Part shown: piece by piece, positions 18,966 to 28,282 of the stretch
Numbering within the stretch: the first letter of the stretch is position 1
Layout: each line of letters opens with the position of its first letter
DNA from: an uncultured Gammaproteobacteria bacterium
GTDB lineage: Bacteria; Patescibacteriota; Patescibacteriia; UBA9934
Direction: 5' to 3'
Assembly: GCA_964414795.1 (NCBI GenBank)
Contig: CAYPWV010000002.1
Location: 5,057-69,056 of the forward strand
DNA: 64,000 nt
Notes under the pieces: model-generated
Database searches by the model: none
What the model was told of the DNA's origin: nothing
Seen by the model: the letters and a program-made list of their open reading frames with translations, nothing else
Translations under genes and position numbers: made by a program

Positions 18966-19499
18966 CTACGTTGGTTTTACGTTCACGGTGGGCTTGTTGG
19001 AAACTTTGAGGGTAAGAAAGGTTGCAAGCGCCCCAAGGAACATGCCAGCAATAACGTCCGTCAAGAAATGCATTCCGAGGTAGAGGCGTGTGAAGGCAAT
19101 AATGAGCGGAATGGTCAGCAAAGTAATAACCATCGTCCTCCGAACCATCTGATTCCTGATTCTCGTCGCGAACAAATAGGCTACCATGCCAAAGAAGTAG
19201 GCAGAGAGAGCTGAATGCGCGCTAGGGAAAGAGAAGAGACTGTCCTCGACGATGCCGCCCGTAGGTCTTGGGCGTTGAACAAATTCCTTTAGGGCGTAGA
19301 CGATCGAGAGCAGCAACACATAGCCTGCTCCAAAACAGAGTGCTGTCCGAATCCGTTTCTGAAACAACAATACGAAACATGCCGCCAGAACAGCAGCGAG
19401 GAGAATCCACCATTCGCCCAAAAACGTGATCCACTTAGCCGCTACAGTTGCGGCAGGAAAACGCATCTGCGCGATTGCGTCGACGATTGCTTGTTCCAT
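18966..19499 (-). CDS. PAP2-superfamily phosphatase (undecaprenyl-diphosphatase-like)
   Basis: 'KEFVQRPRP', 'PSAHS', 'TRLYLGMHFLTDV' are the three PAP2 motifs. Confidence 0.75.
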   Translation of the reverse strand: MEQAIVDAIAQMRFPAATVAAKWITFLGEWWILLAAVLAACFVLLFQKRIRTALCFGAGYVLLLSIVYALKEFVQRPRPTGGIVEDSLFSFPSAHSALSAYFFGMVAYLFATRIRNQMVRRTMVITLLTIPLIIAFTRLYLGMHFLTDVIAGMFLGALATFLTLKVSNKPTVNVKPT

Positions 19500-19510
19500 G
19501 AAAACAGTTA

Positions 19511-20434
19511 CTAAATCTTCACATCGGAATCGGTCGCGCAGACCATGCCGTGGCAGGTCTCGCCCTCGCGCTCCATTTCAATAGTGATGTGGTTGATGCC
19601 GCTCACCTTCACGAGATCCAAGATGCAGCATTTCTGCTTAAACATCTCCTCGGCAGTAGTTTCCTTAGATAGCATCACGTGAGACGTGAAGACGCTGTAA
19701 TCTCCGTCCAAAGACCAGACGTGCGTATCATGGACACGGAGCACGCCCGGCACGTTCGCGATGCGCTTCTCAATCTCGCCAAGGTCAATCGAGGATGGAA
19801 CCTCTTGGAGAAAAGTGAGAACCGTCTCCTTGAGGTTTTTGAGCACGTTGCGCAGGACGTAGAGCGTGATGAGGATGGAAAGAATCGGATCAATAACGTG
19901 GAGATCGTAGAAGGCGATGAAGACACCGGCGATAAGTACCGCGATCCATCCAAGCATGTCTTCCATGAGGTGCCAGGTGGTGACGCGTTCGTTGAGCGTT
20001 TTCCCAGCCCTCAGCTTCAAGACTGCCAAGCCGTTCATGGCGATTCCCACGACCGCGAGAACGATCATGCCGGGCGCGTTGGAGTGCTCAGGAGAGAGCA
20101 GGCGAGGCACCGCTTGCGTCAGGATGAACATGGAGCCAACCAACAGCACTATGCTGTTCACGAAGGCGGCTAAGAGAGAAAACCTCTTGTACCCGTAGGA
20201 GAACTTGTTTGTTCGCCCACGCTCGGAAACTTTTGAGAAGTACCAAGAAAGCCCGAGGGAGAAGGTGTCACCAAGGTCGTGGAGCGCGTCCGCAAGAATC
20301 GCCGTGCTATTCGTCCAAAGCCCACCAATCAGCTCAATGATGGTGAAGACAAAGTTGAGAAGGAACGCCACCCTGACACGCAACGTGCTTGCCCCCGTGG
20401 TGGAATGATGTGCAGAGTGGTTATCATTTTTCAT
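19511..20434 (-). CDS. czcD: CDF family metal cation efflux transporter (CzcD-like)
   Basis: 'NSTAILADALHDLGDTFSLG' signature. Six TM segments. C-terminal cytoplasmic domain with His/Cys ('ETCHGMVC'). Confidence 0.8.
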   Translation of the reverse strand: MKNDNHSAHHSTTGASTLRVRVAFLLNFVFTIIELIGGLWTNSTAILADALHDLGDTFSLGLSWYFSKVSERGRTNKFSYGYKRFSLLAAFVNSIVLLVGSMFILTQAVPRLLSPEHSNAPGMIVLAVVGIAMNGLAVLKLRAGKTLNERVTTWHLMEDMLGWIAVLIAGVFIAFYDLHVIDPILSILITLYVLRNVLKNLKETVLTFLQEVPSSIDLGEIEKRIANVPGVLRVHDTHVWSLDGDYSVFTSHVMLSKETTAEEMFKQKCCILDLVKVSGINHITIEMEREGETCHGMVCATDSDVKI

Positions 20435-20445
20435 ACACGCACTTG

Positions 20446-21096
20446 TTATTTTGCCTGTTCAGCGAGTAAGCCGTCGATAAGAGCCTTGAGTGTATTGTAC
20501 GTCGGGAACTCCTCTACCGCCACGCCGTTTAGAAAGACGCTCGGCGTCGAGTTGACCCCTGCGGCAATGCCGTCCTGGCGGTCACGCTTGATTTTGTCTT
20601 CGTATGCGGAACTATTGATGGTGGCGGTGAACTTTTCCATATCAAGCCCAAGCCCTTCTGCGTAGGAAAGGAACAGTTCGGTCTGCGGCGTTTTCTTCTC
20701 GCCCCATTCAGACTGACGCTCAAATAGAATATCGAGCATCTCCCAATACTTACCCTGTTCTCCTGCGGCTTCGAGTGTCTTCGCGGCAAGCTCGGAGTTT
20801 CCGTGCAGGGGGAAGTAGCGAACCACGTAGGTAATCTGACCCGAGTAGTCCTCCAAGATTTGTTTGATCTGCGGATGCGCCGCGCGGCACGCCTCACACT
20901 CAGGGTCGAAAAATTCGACAAGCGTGATGGAGGCGTTTGGTACTTCCTGTTTCCAGCTATCTTCCCGCACAAGCGTCTCGTAAGCAATCGGTTCAGTCGA
21001 CTGGGTTTGGTTCGTCGTAGCCACGGCGATGCCGACAAAAATAAGAACAGTGGCAAGACCGATGCCGATCAGGACTTTTGCGTCATCGCTAAGCAT
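20446..21096 (-). CDS. DsbA-like thioredoxin-fold thiol:disulfide oxidoreductase
   Basis: N-terminal TM. 'FFDPECEACRAAHP' CxxC active site. Confidence 0.75.
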   Translation of the reverse strand: MLSDDAKVLIGIGLATVLIFVGIAVATTNQTQSTEPIAYETLVREDSWKQEVPNASITLVEFFDPECEACRAAHPQIKQILEDYSGQITYVVRYFPLHGNSELAAKTLEAAGEQGKYWEMLDILFERQSEWGEKKTPQTELFLSYAEGLGLDMEKFTATINSSAYEDKIKRDRQDGIAAGVNSTPSVFLNGVAVEEFPTYNTLKALIDGLLAEQAK

Positions 21097-21520
21097 ACTT
21101 TTTTATGAGACGGGTGTGAGTAATGAGAATAAGGGTAATGACGCTGAATGCCACAAGCGAAAGGAGCGGGATCGTAATGAAGCCGAACCATTCAAAGAAC
21201 TTTGTCGTGCAAGAAATGCCGAGGGTGCAGGGCGCAACGCTTTCCGGCAGAATCTTCCAATACAGGAGGTTGTGGTACACGGCGACGGCGAGGCCAGCGA
21301 GCGAAAGAGGCAGGGCGTACAGAGCGACCGCCTTGTCCTTGCGAAGAATACCGACGGCAAGGATTGTGACGAGCGGATACAGTGCGATGCGCTGGTACCA
21401 GCACAATACGCACGGCGGAAGATTCATGACTTCGCTAAAGTACAGGCTTCCCGCCATCCCAACGAACGCTTGCGCCCATGCTGCATGCGGAAGGTAGTCG
21501 ATCCATCGTTTTACGTTCAT
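21089..21520 (-). CDS. dsbB: disulfide bond formation protein B (DsbB/BdbC family)
   Basis: 'PPCVLCWYQRIALYP' and second Cys pair 'CTLGISC'. Four TM segments. Confidence 0.7.
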   Translation of the reverse strand: MNVKRWIDYLPHAAWAQAFVGMAGSLYFSEVMNLPPCVLCWYQRIALYPLVTILAVGILRKDKAVALYALPLSLAGLAVAVYHNLLYWKILPESVAPCTLGISCTTKFFEWFGFITIPLLSLVAFSVITLILITHTRLIKKYA

Positions 21521-21531
21521 AGACGAACGGA

Positions 21532-22197
21532 TTAATAATTAACGTAGGTCGTGATGTTCGCCTTGGCTCGCAATTCGGCGATAAGCTTTTGCGCCTCTTC
21601 GCTGAATTTACTATCCGCAATCTGGAGTTTTATTTGTTCTTTCATGGCATCCGGATTTTCTTCCGGAAGTGGAATGCCGCTCTCTGTGATGTATTGCTCC
21701 AACTCTTCATCTGTAACCGTCAGTTTTTCAGCAAGCAACTTTTTCATGGTCAACTGCGTGACAATGCTCTTGCGAAGGCTCTCCTCGGTAAAGCCCCGCT
21801 CAGCGAGTGCCGCCTCGAACGTTCCACCCGCGTCGGTCACGCTCGCCTTGATGCTATCCAGTTCATCCGTAATCTCTTGCGCAGAAACGGTAACGTCTTT
21901 CGCGAGAGCCTCGTTTGCAATGAGCCGTTCAACGATGAGCGCGTCAAGAACGTTCTTGCCGCCTTGGCGTTCAAGTTCCTGCACCACGCGAATCCTACTA
22001 ATCGGGCTTCCATCTACCGTGGCGGCAATAAAGACGCTCTTGAAGTAAAACAGTGTTGCAAGCGGGAGAACGATCACTGCTGCGATGACAATCATCTTTT
22101 TCTGTCGCGGTGTAAGGCGCTTTGATACTTGGACTTCAGGGACCTTCGGTACGTCAGTACTTTCAGGTAAAGGTTCTTGTGATATAGGTTCTTCCAT
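21532..22197 (-). CDS. SurA N-terminal-domain-like periplasmic chaperone (no PPIase domain)
   Basis: TM anchor, then 'ATVDGSPISRIRVVQELERQGG...LDALIVERLIANEA', typical of the SurA_N/PrsA N-terminal region. Confidence 0.5.
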   Translation of the reverse strand: MEEPISQEPLPESTDVPKVPEVQVSKRLTPRQKKMIVIAAVIVLPLATLFYFKSVFIAATVDGSPISRIRVVQELERQGGKNVLDALIVERLIANEALAKDVTVSAQEITDELDSIKASVTDAGGTFEAALAERGFTEESLRKSIVTQLTMKKLLAEKLTVTDEELEQYITESGIPLPEENPDAMKEQIKLQIADSKFSEEAQKLIAELRAKANITTYVNY

Positions 22198-22214
22198 AGT
22201 CAGAAACAGTTTGG

Positions 22215-22763
22215 TTATTTTTTACATGGTTTGGATGTCGCGTCGACGCTACACGCCCTGCATCCCTCGGTGATCGTTTTTGATGCAATCACGAGGGCGA
22301 TGACAACGACGAGGATCGAAACAAGGGTGATTTGCCATCGGTTGTTGAGGACGAACAGTACGCCGCCCGTTCCGAGGAATCCCAGGAATCCCGTCACGCA
22401 TGCCCCGCACGATGCTGTAGAGAGCACGGAGGCAAAGGTGGCGGAAAGCCCTCCGATGCCGCCGGTGATGACGGTACCCACGCCTGAACGCGCCCGAACC
22501 CTCCGCAAGTGGAAGAGATGCCACTGCATGAGGAGAAGGAGCGCGTTCAGGACGGAAAGGATGCCAAACATCGCGAAGTCGAGCCGCGTCATGATGCTCA
22601 GCTGGAACGGCAAATCGTTGCCGGGAATCAGCTTGACCGGAATCCAAACGAAGAGCCAGAACGTCGCAACGGTCACGACGATAAAGGCGACTCGTCGTGA
22701 TCCCGTTGCAAGCGTCTCTTTCGTGGCTTGTATAAACCTGTTTAAGGATTCCTGGGGGCGCAT
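22215..22763 (-). CDS. membrane protein with two CxxC motifs (possible thiol-disulfide oxidoreductase)
   Basis: 'TASCGACVTGF' in a TM segment and C-terminal 'EGCRACS'. Confidence 0.4.
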   Translation of the reverse strand: MRPQESLNRFIQATKETLATGSRRVAFIVVTVATFWLFVWIPVKLIPGNDLPFQLSIMTRLDFAMFGILSVLNALLLLMQWHLFHLRRVRARSGVGTVITGGIGGLSATFASVLSTASCGACVTGFLGFLGTGGVLFVLNNRWQITLVSILVVVIALVIASKTITEGCRACSVDATSKPCKK

Positions 22764-22764
22764 A

Positions 22765-23538
22765 CTACTTCGCTAACGCCGCATCAAGGAGAGTTTTGAT
22801 TTGTGCGAACGGAAGTGCGCCAGAAACAAGCTCAGCGTCTCCATTCGTATCAATAATGAACGAGCCCGGAGTTCCGGTAACACCCGCCGCCGCTCCACCA
22901 GCCGTATCGTCCTTCACGTGTTGAGCGTACTTTCCGCTATCAAGACATTCCTTGAACTTCGTGCCGTTCAAGCCGAGCTCCTCCGCGAGTGGGACAAGAT
23001 CAGTAAGGGCGAAGCCGGTTCCACCTGCCTCTCCACGCTCAAAAATGGCATCATGGTACTGCCAGAACGCATCATTGCCGCCAAGCTCGTTGGCGCATTC
23101 CGATGCCTCGGCTTCTTTTTGCGCATTGGCGTGGAATGAAAGCGGATAGTGACGGTAGACGACGCGAACGTCTCCGTCGTACTCCTCAAGGATCTGATCG
23201 ACCGTGGGTGCGAACTTCTTGCAGAACGGACATTCGAAGTCCGAGTATTCCACAAAGGTCACAGGCGCGTTTTTGTCACCACGAATATGGTCTGCGTCCG
23301 TGACTTCAGGAACCTCGCCCGTCGGTGCCTTGGTTTTGACGGTTGGAGCCGCTGCCGATGGTTGAGCATTCGCGACCGCGACCGTTCCCGTATCCGTTGT
23401 CTTTGCGAACAAGTTGTTGCCGCTCAAAAGACCAAAACTCGTGAGAAGCGAGATAAGCGCAACTCCTGAGACGAGCCCAAAGATAAAGCTCGTTTTGGAC
23501 GGCATACCGTCGAAGAATCCTTTTGTATCATTTTCCAT
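22765..23538 (-). CDS. DsbA-like thioredoxin-fold oxidoreductase
   Basis: 'EYSDFECPFCKKFAP' CxxC. N-terminal TM. Confidence 0.75.
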   Translation of the reverse strand: MENDTKGFFDGMPSKTSFIFGLVSGVALISLLTSFGLLSGNNLFAKTTDTGTVAVANAQPSAAAPTVKTKAPTGEVPEVTDADHIRGDKNAPVTFVEYSDFECPFCKKFAPTVDQILEEYDGDVRVVYRHYPLSFHANAQKEAEASECANELGGNDAFWQYHDAIFERGEAGGTGFALTDLVPLAEELGLNGTKFKECLDSGKYAQHVKDDTAGGAAAGVTGTPGSFIIDTNGDAELVSGALPFAQIKTLLDAALAK

Positions 23539-23579
23539 AGCAAAAATAAGATGAATAAATCCTCACGGACTTATCTTTG

Positions 23580-24002
23580 CTACGCGTCGCGCATCGGGCT
23601 GAAGTACGGTAAATAGCCTCCGTTCCAAGCGAACGGCCATGATTTTGCCCAAAGCCACCCCAGTTCTTTGTTCCGCTGTTTGATCGTGACGAGGGAAACG
23701 ACAAGGATGACGGAGAAGGCGATTGGCGTCTGTGGAGCCAAGGCGATGTCCGGAAGGGAAAATTCGGAGATTCTTGAGATGGTAGTTTGAGAGAAGATCG
23801 ACTGATGGCTATCGTTGAAGCTCCCAATTGAGTGATCTGTGCAGCACTCTGTATTCATCCCCACTATTTCCATGTGGTTCGAAGAGCCAAGCGGATGGCA
23901 GGTCACCATGAACATGAGCAGTGTGACGCAGAAAAACAGCGCCATGGTGAGATGACGGCTGAATTTCTGCCAGATTTTTCTGCTCAATTGTTCAAGATAC
24001 AT
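23580..24002 (-). CDS. hypothetical membrane protein
   Basis: ORF with TM helices only. Confidence 0.3.
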   Translation of the reverse strand: MYLEQLSRKIWQKFSRHLTMALFFCVTLLMFMVTCHPLGSSNHMEIVGMNTECCTDHSIGSFNDSHQSIFSQTTISRISEFSLPDIALAPQTPIAFSVILVVSLVTIKQRNKELGWLWAKSWPFAWNGGYLPYFSPMRDA

Positions 24003-24058
24003 GCGGGTATTGTAAGGGATTCCTGCCTTAGCTACAAACGTCTCTCCCTCGGATCTTT

Positions 24059-24460
24059 TTACTCGGCGTTGATCTCGAATTTGTACATTCCCATCGAACA
24101 GGTTCCCTGAAGCGTTCCTACCGCCAATGTCCCAATATTTACGTCTGTAGTCCCCGTTGATGGCAGATTCTTGCTGATACCAAGATCCGGAATGCGCACG
24201 GAGGAAGAACAGTCATATGCGCCATTTGTGGCAAATCGTAGAACGGTAGGTACACCAGCTTTAACGGTGCTCGCCTGTGGTGAGTAGCCGCCTTTGACGT
24301 TTATCGCAACAATCTGCTGTCCTGCCACCGTGCTCACGTTCGAACTCGCGTTGGCTGTGACAGCGGTCTGCGACTGTCCGCCTCCACGGAACAAGAGAAA
24401 TGCACCAAGAACGAGTGCACCGACGATGAGGAGTGTCTTTGTGTTGGAATTCATATGCAT
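24059..24460 (-). CDS. small secreted protein, possible cupredoxin-like or metal-binding fold
   Basis: Signal/anchor 'LLIVGALVLGAFLLF'. 'GTCSMGMYKFEI' C/M-containing C-terminus. Confidence 0.35.
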   Translation of the reverse strand: MHMNSNTKTLLIVGALVLGAFLLFRGGGQSQTAVTANASSNVSTVAGQQIVAINVKGGYSPQASTVKAGVPTVLRFATNGAYDCSSSVRIPDLGISKNLPSTGTTDVNIGTLAVGTLQGTCSMGMYKFEINAE

Positions 24461-24469
24461 TTGATGAGA

Positions 24470-25489
24470 TTAAAAGTTGAAGATGGGAGCGATGTACCCA
24501 GCGGCAACGAGTGCCGTGAGTATGTTGAACACGGCGAACGCGATGACGATCAGCCCGGCGGTCTTAAAGAACACGCCCTTGTTGCGGCTCTTCTCAGCGC
24601 TGAACGAGCTGAAGCTGATGAGCGCGAGCACCGGGAACGTCCCGAGCGCAAACGCGAGCATCGTGAATCCTCCCGTGAGGAAACTTCCCGTCGAAAGCGC
24701 GTACAGCTGCATGGACTGGGTGAACCCGCATGGCAGGAAGAACGTCGCAATGCCGACAAGAACTGGCGTGAGCGTGTGGTTGAGCTTGGAGACTCCGAGC
24801 GCGTACTTTGAGAGAAACTTCGGCATCGACGGCTGGAGCTTTTTCGTCCAATCGAACACGTCGAGAAGGTTCAATCCGAGTATGAGCATCACGAGCCCAA
24901 GGACAAGACCGAGCACGAGCGATCCGAAGCCGCTCAAACGAAAGACGGAGCCAAGCACTCCAATAACGCCACCCAGCAGAAAGAACGAAACAATGCGCCC
25001 TGCATGAAACATGATCTGCGGCCTCACCTTGTCTCCTTCCTTAGCAAACGTCGCAGACATAGAGAGCACTAGCCCACCAACGACTGCCATACAGGTGGAT
25101 ACGGAAGCGACCAATCCAACAACGAACGCTGTAACATAAGATGGCTTGCCTCCGCCAATCAGGTTCACGACTCCTGCTTTCTGCAAAAGGAAAAAGACGA
25201 TAATGAACGCGAGCGCGATGGGAACGGCATTCCTGAATTCTCCCCAGTGCTTTGTTTTTTTCTGCTTTTCAACCGACAACGCGTAGCCATGCTTGGCGAG
25301 TACGAGTGTGAGGTCGGCGGCGATTGTTGACGCGTCTTTTCCCTCAAAGTCGCCCGTCACTTCAACGCACTCTGCTTCAAGACTTGTCTTGGCGCGTGAT
25401 ACGTACGGAACATCTTGTAATTCGCTCTCCGTCATGAGGACGCAGGCACGGCAGTGCATGCCTGTCACATGGAAGGTATATTTTTCCAT
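24470..25489 (-). CDS. HMA (heavy-metal-associated) domain fused to a polytopic membrane domain (CcdA/DsbD- or TauE-like)
   Basis: N-terminal 'GMHCRACV' (GMxCxxC). Membrane part with conserved Cys ('VSTCMAV', 'FFLPCGFT'). Confidence 0.6.
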   Translation of the reverse strand: MEKYTFHVTGMHCRACVLMTESELQDVPYVSRAKTSLEAECVEVTGDFEGKDASTIAADLTLVLAKHGYALSVEKQKKTKHWGEFRNAVPIALAFIIVFFLLQKAGVVNLIGGGKPSYVTAFVVGLVASVSTCMAVVGGLVLSMSATFAKEGDKVRPQIMFHAGRIVSFFLLGGVIGVLGSVFRLSGFGSLVLGLVLGLVMLILGLNLLDVFDWTKKLQPSMPKFLSKYALGVSKLNHTLTPVLVGIATFFLPCGFTQSMQLYALSTGSFLTGGFTMLAFALGTFPVLALISFSSFSAEKSRNKGVFFKTAGLIVIAFAVFNILTALVAAGYIAPIFNF

Positions 25490-25493
25490 ATGC

Positions 25494-27785
25494 TTAGAGC
25501 GACTTCGTTTTCAGTCGAAGCGAATTGCCAACAACGGATACGCTCGAGAACGCCATCGCGAGTCCGGCGAAGACGGGGTTGAGGAGCCAGCCGAAGAATG
25601 GGAAGAACAGTCCTGCTGCCAATGGAATGCCGATGACATTGTACGCGAACGCCCAGAAGAGATTTTGCTTGATGCCGCGCATCGTCATTTTGGAAAGCGT
25701 GATTGCTTTGACGAGTTTGGAGATATCGCCGTGAAGCAAGGTGATGCCAGCGGATTCAATCGCGACATCTGTTCCCGTGGCCATCGCGATACCAACGTCT
25801 GCTCGTGCAAGCGCAGGAGCATCGTTCACGCCGTCCCCGGCCATCGCAACAACGTTTCCTTTTGATTGCAGTTCTTTGATCTTGGCGAGCTTGCCCTCAG
25901 GCAAGACTTCCGCAACAACTTCATCGACTCCGATCTGTTTGCCGATGAATGCGGCGGTGTTCTTATTGTCACCAGTGAGCATGACGACTTTTACGCCGAG
26001 TTTGTGCAGACGAGACACCGCTTCTTTCGCCTCAGGCTTTATCGCATCCGCAACCATCACAATGCCGATGACTTTTTCTTTGGTTGCGAGAATAACCGGA
26101 GTTTTACCTTCGAGTGTTTCCTTTTCCAAGGAGGACACATCGAACGATAACTTCAACGCCGTAACGAGCTTGGTATTTCCGGCGTAGTATTCGATTCCGT
26201 TTACAGTCCCTTTCAATCCTTGTCCCTTGATCGCTTCGAAGTTTTCTACGGGCGACAGGGTCAGTTTCTGCTTCTCGGCGTGGCTCGTAATTGCATGAGC
26301 GATGGGATGCTCAGACTTCTTTTCAAGCGATGCGAGAATGCTCACGAGTTCCTTTTCGTGAAGATCGGATAATGCACGAATAGAAACAAGTTCCGGTTTG
26401 CCGTTGGTGAGCGTTCCTGTCTTGTCGACAACAACCGTGTTCACTTTGTAGAGCTTCTCAAGCGTTGCCGCATCCTTCACGAGGATTCCTTCCTTGGCTC
26501 CCTTTCCAACACCTACGATAATCGCGGTCGGCGTGGCAAGTCCAAGCGCGCATGGGCAAGCGATAACAAGGACTCCAACGAACGAAACCAAACCGTTCGA
26601 CAATGCTTGCGAGAAGTCCATGTACTGACTTCCTACGATGAGCCAGGCAGCGAGCGTAAGGAATGCGATAACCAGAACAATTGGCACGAAGACGGATGAG
26701 ATTTTGTCCGCGAGTGCCTGAATGGGCGCACGGCTTCCTTGCGCTTCCTCGACCATCTTGATGATTCGCGCGAGCATTGTTTCCGAACCAACCTTGGTCG
26801 CCTTGAACGTAAACGAACCGTTCGTGTTCATCGTTCCCGAAACAACCGTATCGCCGACATCTTTCTTGATCGGCATCGGTTCGCCAGTCACCAGCGACTC
26901 ATCAACGTACGATGAACCTTCCGTGAGTACGCCGTCCACGGCAATACGACTTGCGGGCTTTACGATAATAAGTTCGCCGAGAACGACTTCGCTTGCGGGG
27001 ATCTCGACCTCCTCGCCGTCACGAATAACGAGCGCGGTCTTTGCCTGAAGATTGAGTAGTTTCTCTATTGCATCGCCGGTTTTGAGCTTGGATCGGGCTT
27101 CAAGGTATTTTCCAAGCGTAATAAACGCAACGACGACGATCGTTACGTCGTAATAGGTGTGCTCGACATTGAGGAACGGTGCGAGCGTTTCCGTAAAGGC
27201 GGTAATGACGAAGCTGTACAAAAACGCTGCGAGCGTACCAATGCCGATGAGCGTGTCCATGTTTGCCTTGCCGTAACGAAGGAATCGGTACAAGCCGAGA
27301 AGATACGGCTTGCCGACGACGAACAAGGTATACGTCGCCATGAGCGGAAGGAGGTGGTGAAAGAACTCACTCCACACGTACGGCATATCCGCAATCACGG
27401 AAAACTGAGCGAGAATGTCCCAGCCCATGATGAAAATGCTGACGATGGTCATGGGAATGACCGAAAGCACCTTGGTCTTCATGTCGGCAATCTCCGCAAG
27501 CTTCTCCTTTTTCGTCTGACTAATGCCAAGGTGAGCGGCATGCTCGCTCGGACTCATGTGCATGGACTCCGCCGTCAGAATGACAAGGGTATAGCCGAGC
27601 GGTTCGATTGTCTTTGAGAGTTGTTCGGGGTTGGTCTTAGCTGGATCGAAGGCGATCTTCGCCGCCTCGGTGCCGTAGTTCACTTCCGCCGAACTTACCC
27701 CGGCAGTTTTCTTGAGCGTCTTTTCAATGATGCCCGCGCAGGAGGCGCAGTGCATCCCTTTTATTTTATATGTGGTGGCATCCAT
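25494..27785 (-). CDS. copA: copper-translocating P1B-type ATPase
   Basis: 'GMHCASCAG' HMA domain. 'CPC' in 'IACPCALGLATP'. 'DKTGTLT'. 'GDGVNDAPAL'. Start set at MDATTYKIKG (27783-27785). Confidence 0.9.
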   Translation of the reverse strand: MDATTYKIKGMHCASCAGIIEKTLKKTAGVSSAEVNYGTEAAKIAFDPAKTNPEQLSKTIEPLGYTLVILTAESMHMSPSEHAAHLGISQTKKEKLAEIADMKTKVLSVIPMTIVSIFIMGWDILAQFSVIADMPYVWSEFFHHLLPLMATYTLFVVGKPYLLGLYRFLRYGKANMDTLIGIGTLAAFLYSFVITAFTETLAPFLNVEHTYYDVTIVVVAFITLGKYLEARSKLKTGDAIEKLLNLQAKTALVIRDGEEVEIPASEVVLGELIIVKPASRIAVDGVLTEGSSYVDESLVTGEPMPIKKDVGDTVVSGTMNTNGSFTFKATKVGSETMLARIIKMVEEAQGSRAPIQALADKISSVFVPIVLVIAFLTLAAWLIVGSQYMDFSQALSNGLVSFVGVLVIACPCALGLATPTAIIVGVGKGAKEGILVKDAATLEKLYKVNTVVVDKTGTLTNGKPELVSIRALSDLHEKELVSILASLEKKSEHPIAHAITSHAEKQKLTLSPVENFEAIKGQGLKGTVNGIEYYAGNTKLVTALKLSFDVSSLEKETLEGKTPVILATKEKVIGIVMVADAIKPEAKEAVSRLHKLGVKVVMLTGDNKNTAAFIGKQIGVDEVVAEVLPEGKLAKIKELQSKGNVVAMAGDGVNDAPALARADVGIAMATGTDVAIESAGITLLHGDISKLVKAITLSKMTMRGIKQNLFWAFAYNVIGIPLAAGLFFPFFGWLLNPVFAGLAMAFSSVSVVGNSLRLKTKSL

Positions 27786-27848
27786 ACCATTTTGGGTAAA
27801 ATTAAAACCAAGCAATATTCGCAATACTCAGCGAATGGAAGCCTGGTT

Positions 27849-28238
27849 TTAATCCCGCAAAATGACGGTGGACAGGTTTTGTTGGAGGAGCAGTTTTCCT
27901 ATACCCTCACGCCAACGTCGAAGCGATGGGTTGAAAGTTGAGAGAGGGCTTGGTGACCATTCAGAAACAAGAACGGCAACAACGGCTATAAGTACGATAA
28001 ACGCAAACGGTAAGGGCGTCACCACGGCTGTGGCTGTTGAAGTGGCGGACAAGCAGTGTTCCAGACATTCCGCCCCAGACGTTTCCATGCCTCCCGCATC
28101 GTGACAGGTTGCACTTATGCATGTGTCCGCGCCCATCAACATGCCCCCGCCGTGCATTCCAAAAATCGCCATTCCAGCCAGTGTGGTGAAAGAGAAAAGG
28201 ATGGAAGCAAGGAGAAATGAGAGAAAGGCACGTTTCAT
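27849..28238 (-). CDS. small Met/His/Cys-rich membrane-anchored protein (putative metal-binding)
   Basis: 'GMHGGGMLMGADTCISATCHDAGGMETSGAECLEHC'. Confidence 0.45.
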   Translation of the reverse strand: MKRAFLSFLLASILFSFTTLAGMAIFGMHGGGMLMGADTCISATCHDAGGMETSGAECLEHCLSATSTATAVVTPLPFAFIVLIAVVAVLVSEWSPSPLSTFNPSLRRWREGIGKLLLQQNLSTVILRD

Positions 28239-28282
28239 AGCATGAGTATACCTCGCTCTGATTCAGAGGAAAAGAGGGTTAT

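Noticed and set aside
25741-27048. Several plus-strand ORFs (for example 25741..26187 and 26722..27048) inside copA
   Set aside because: They are antisense to a strongly supported P-type ATPase gene. Their Ser/Ala/Thr-rich translations are typical of out-of-frame reads of GC-rich coding sequence.
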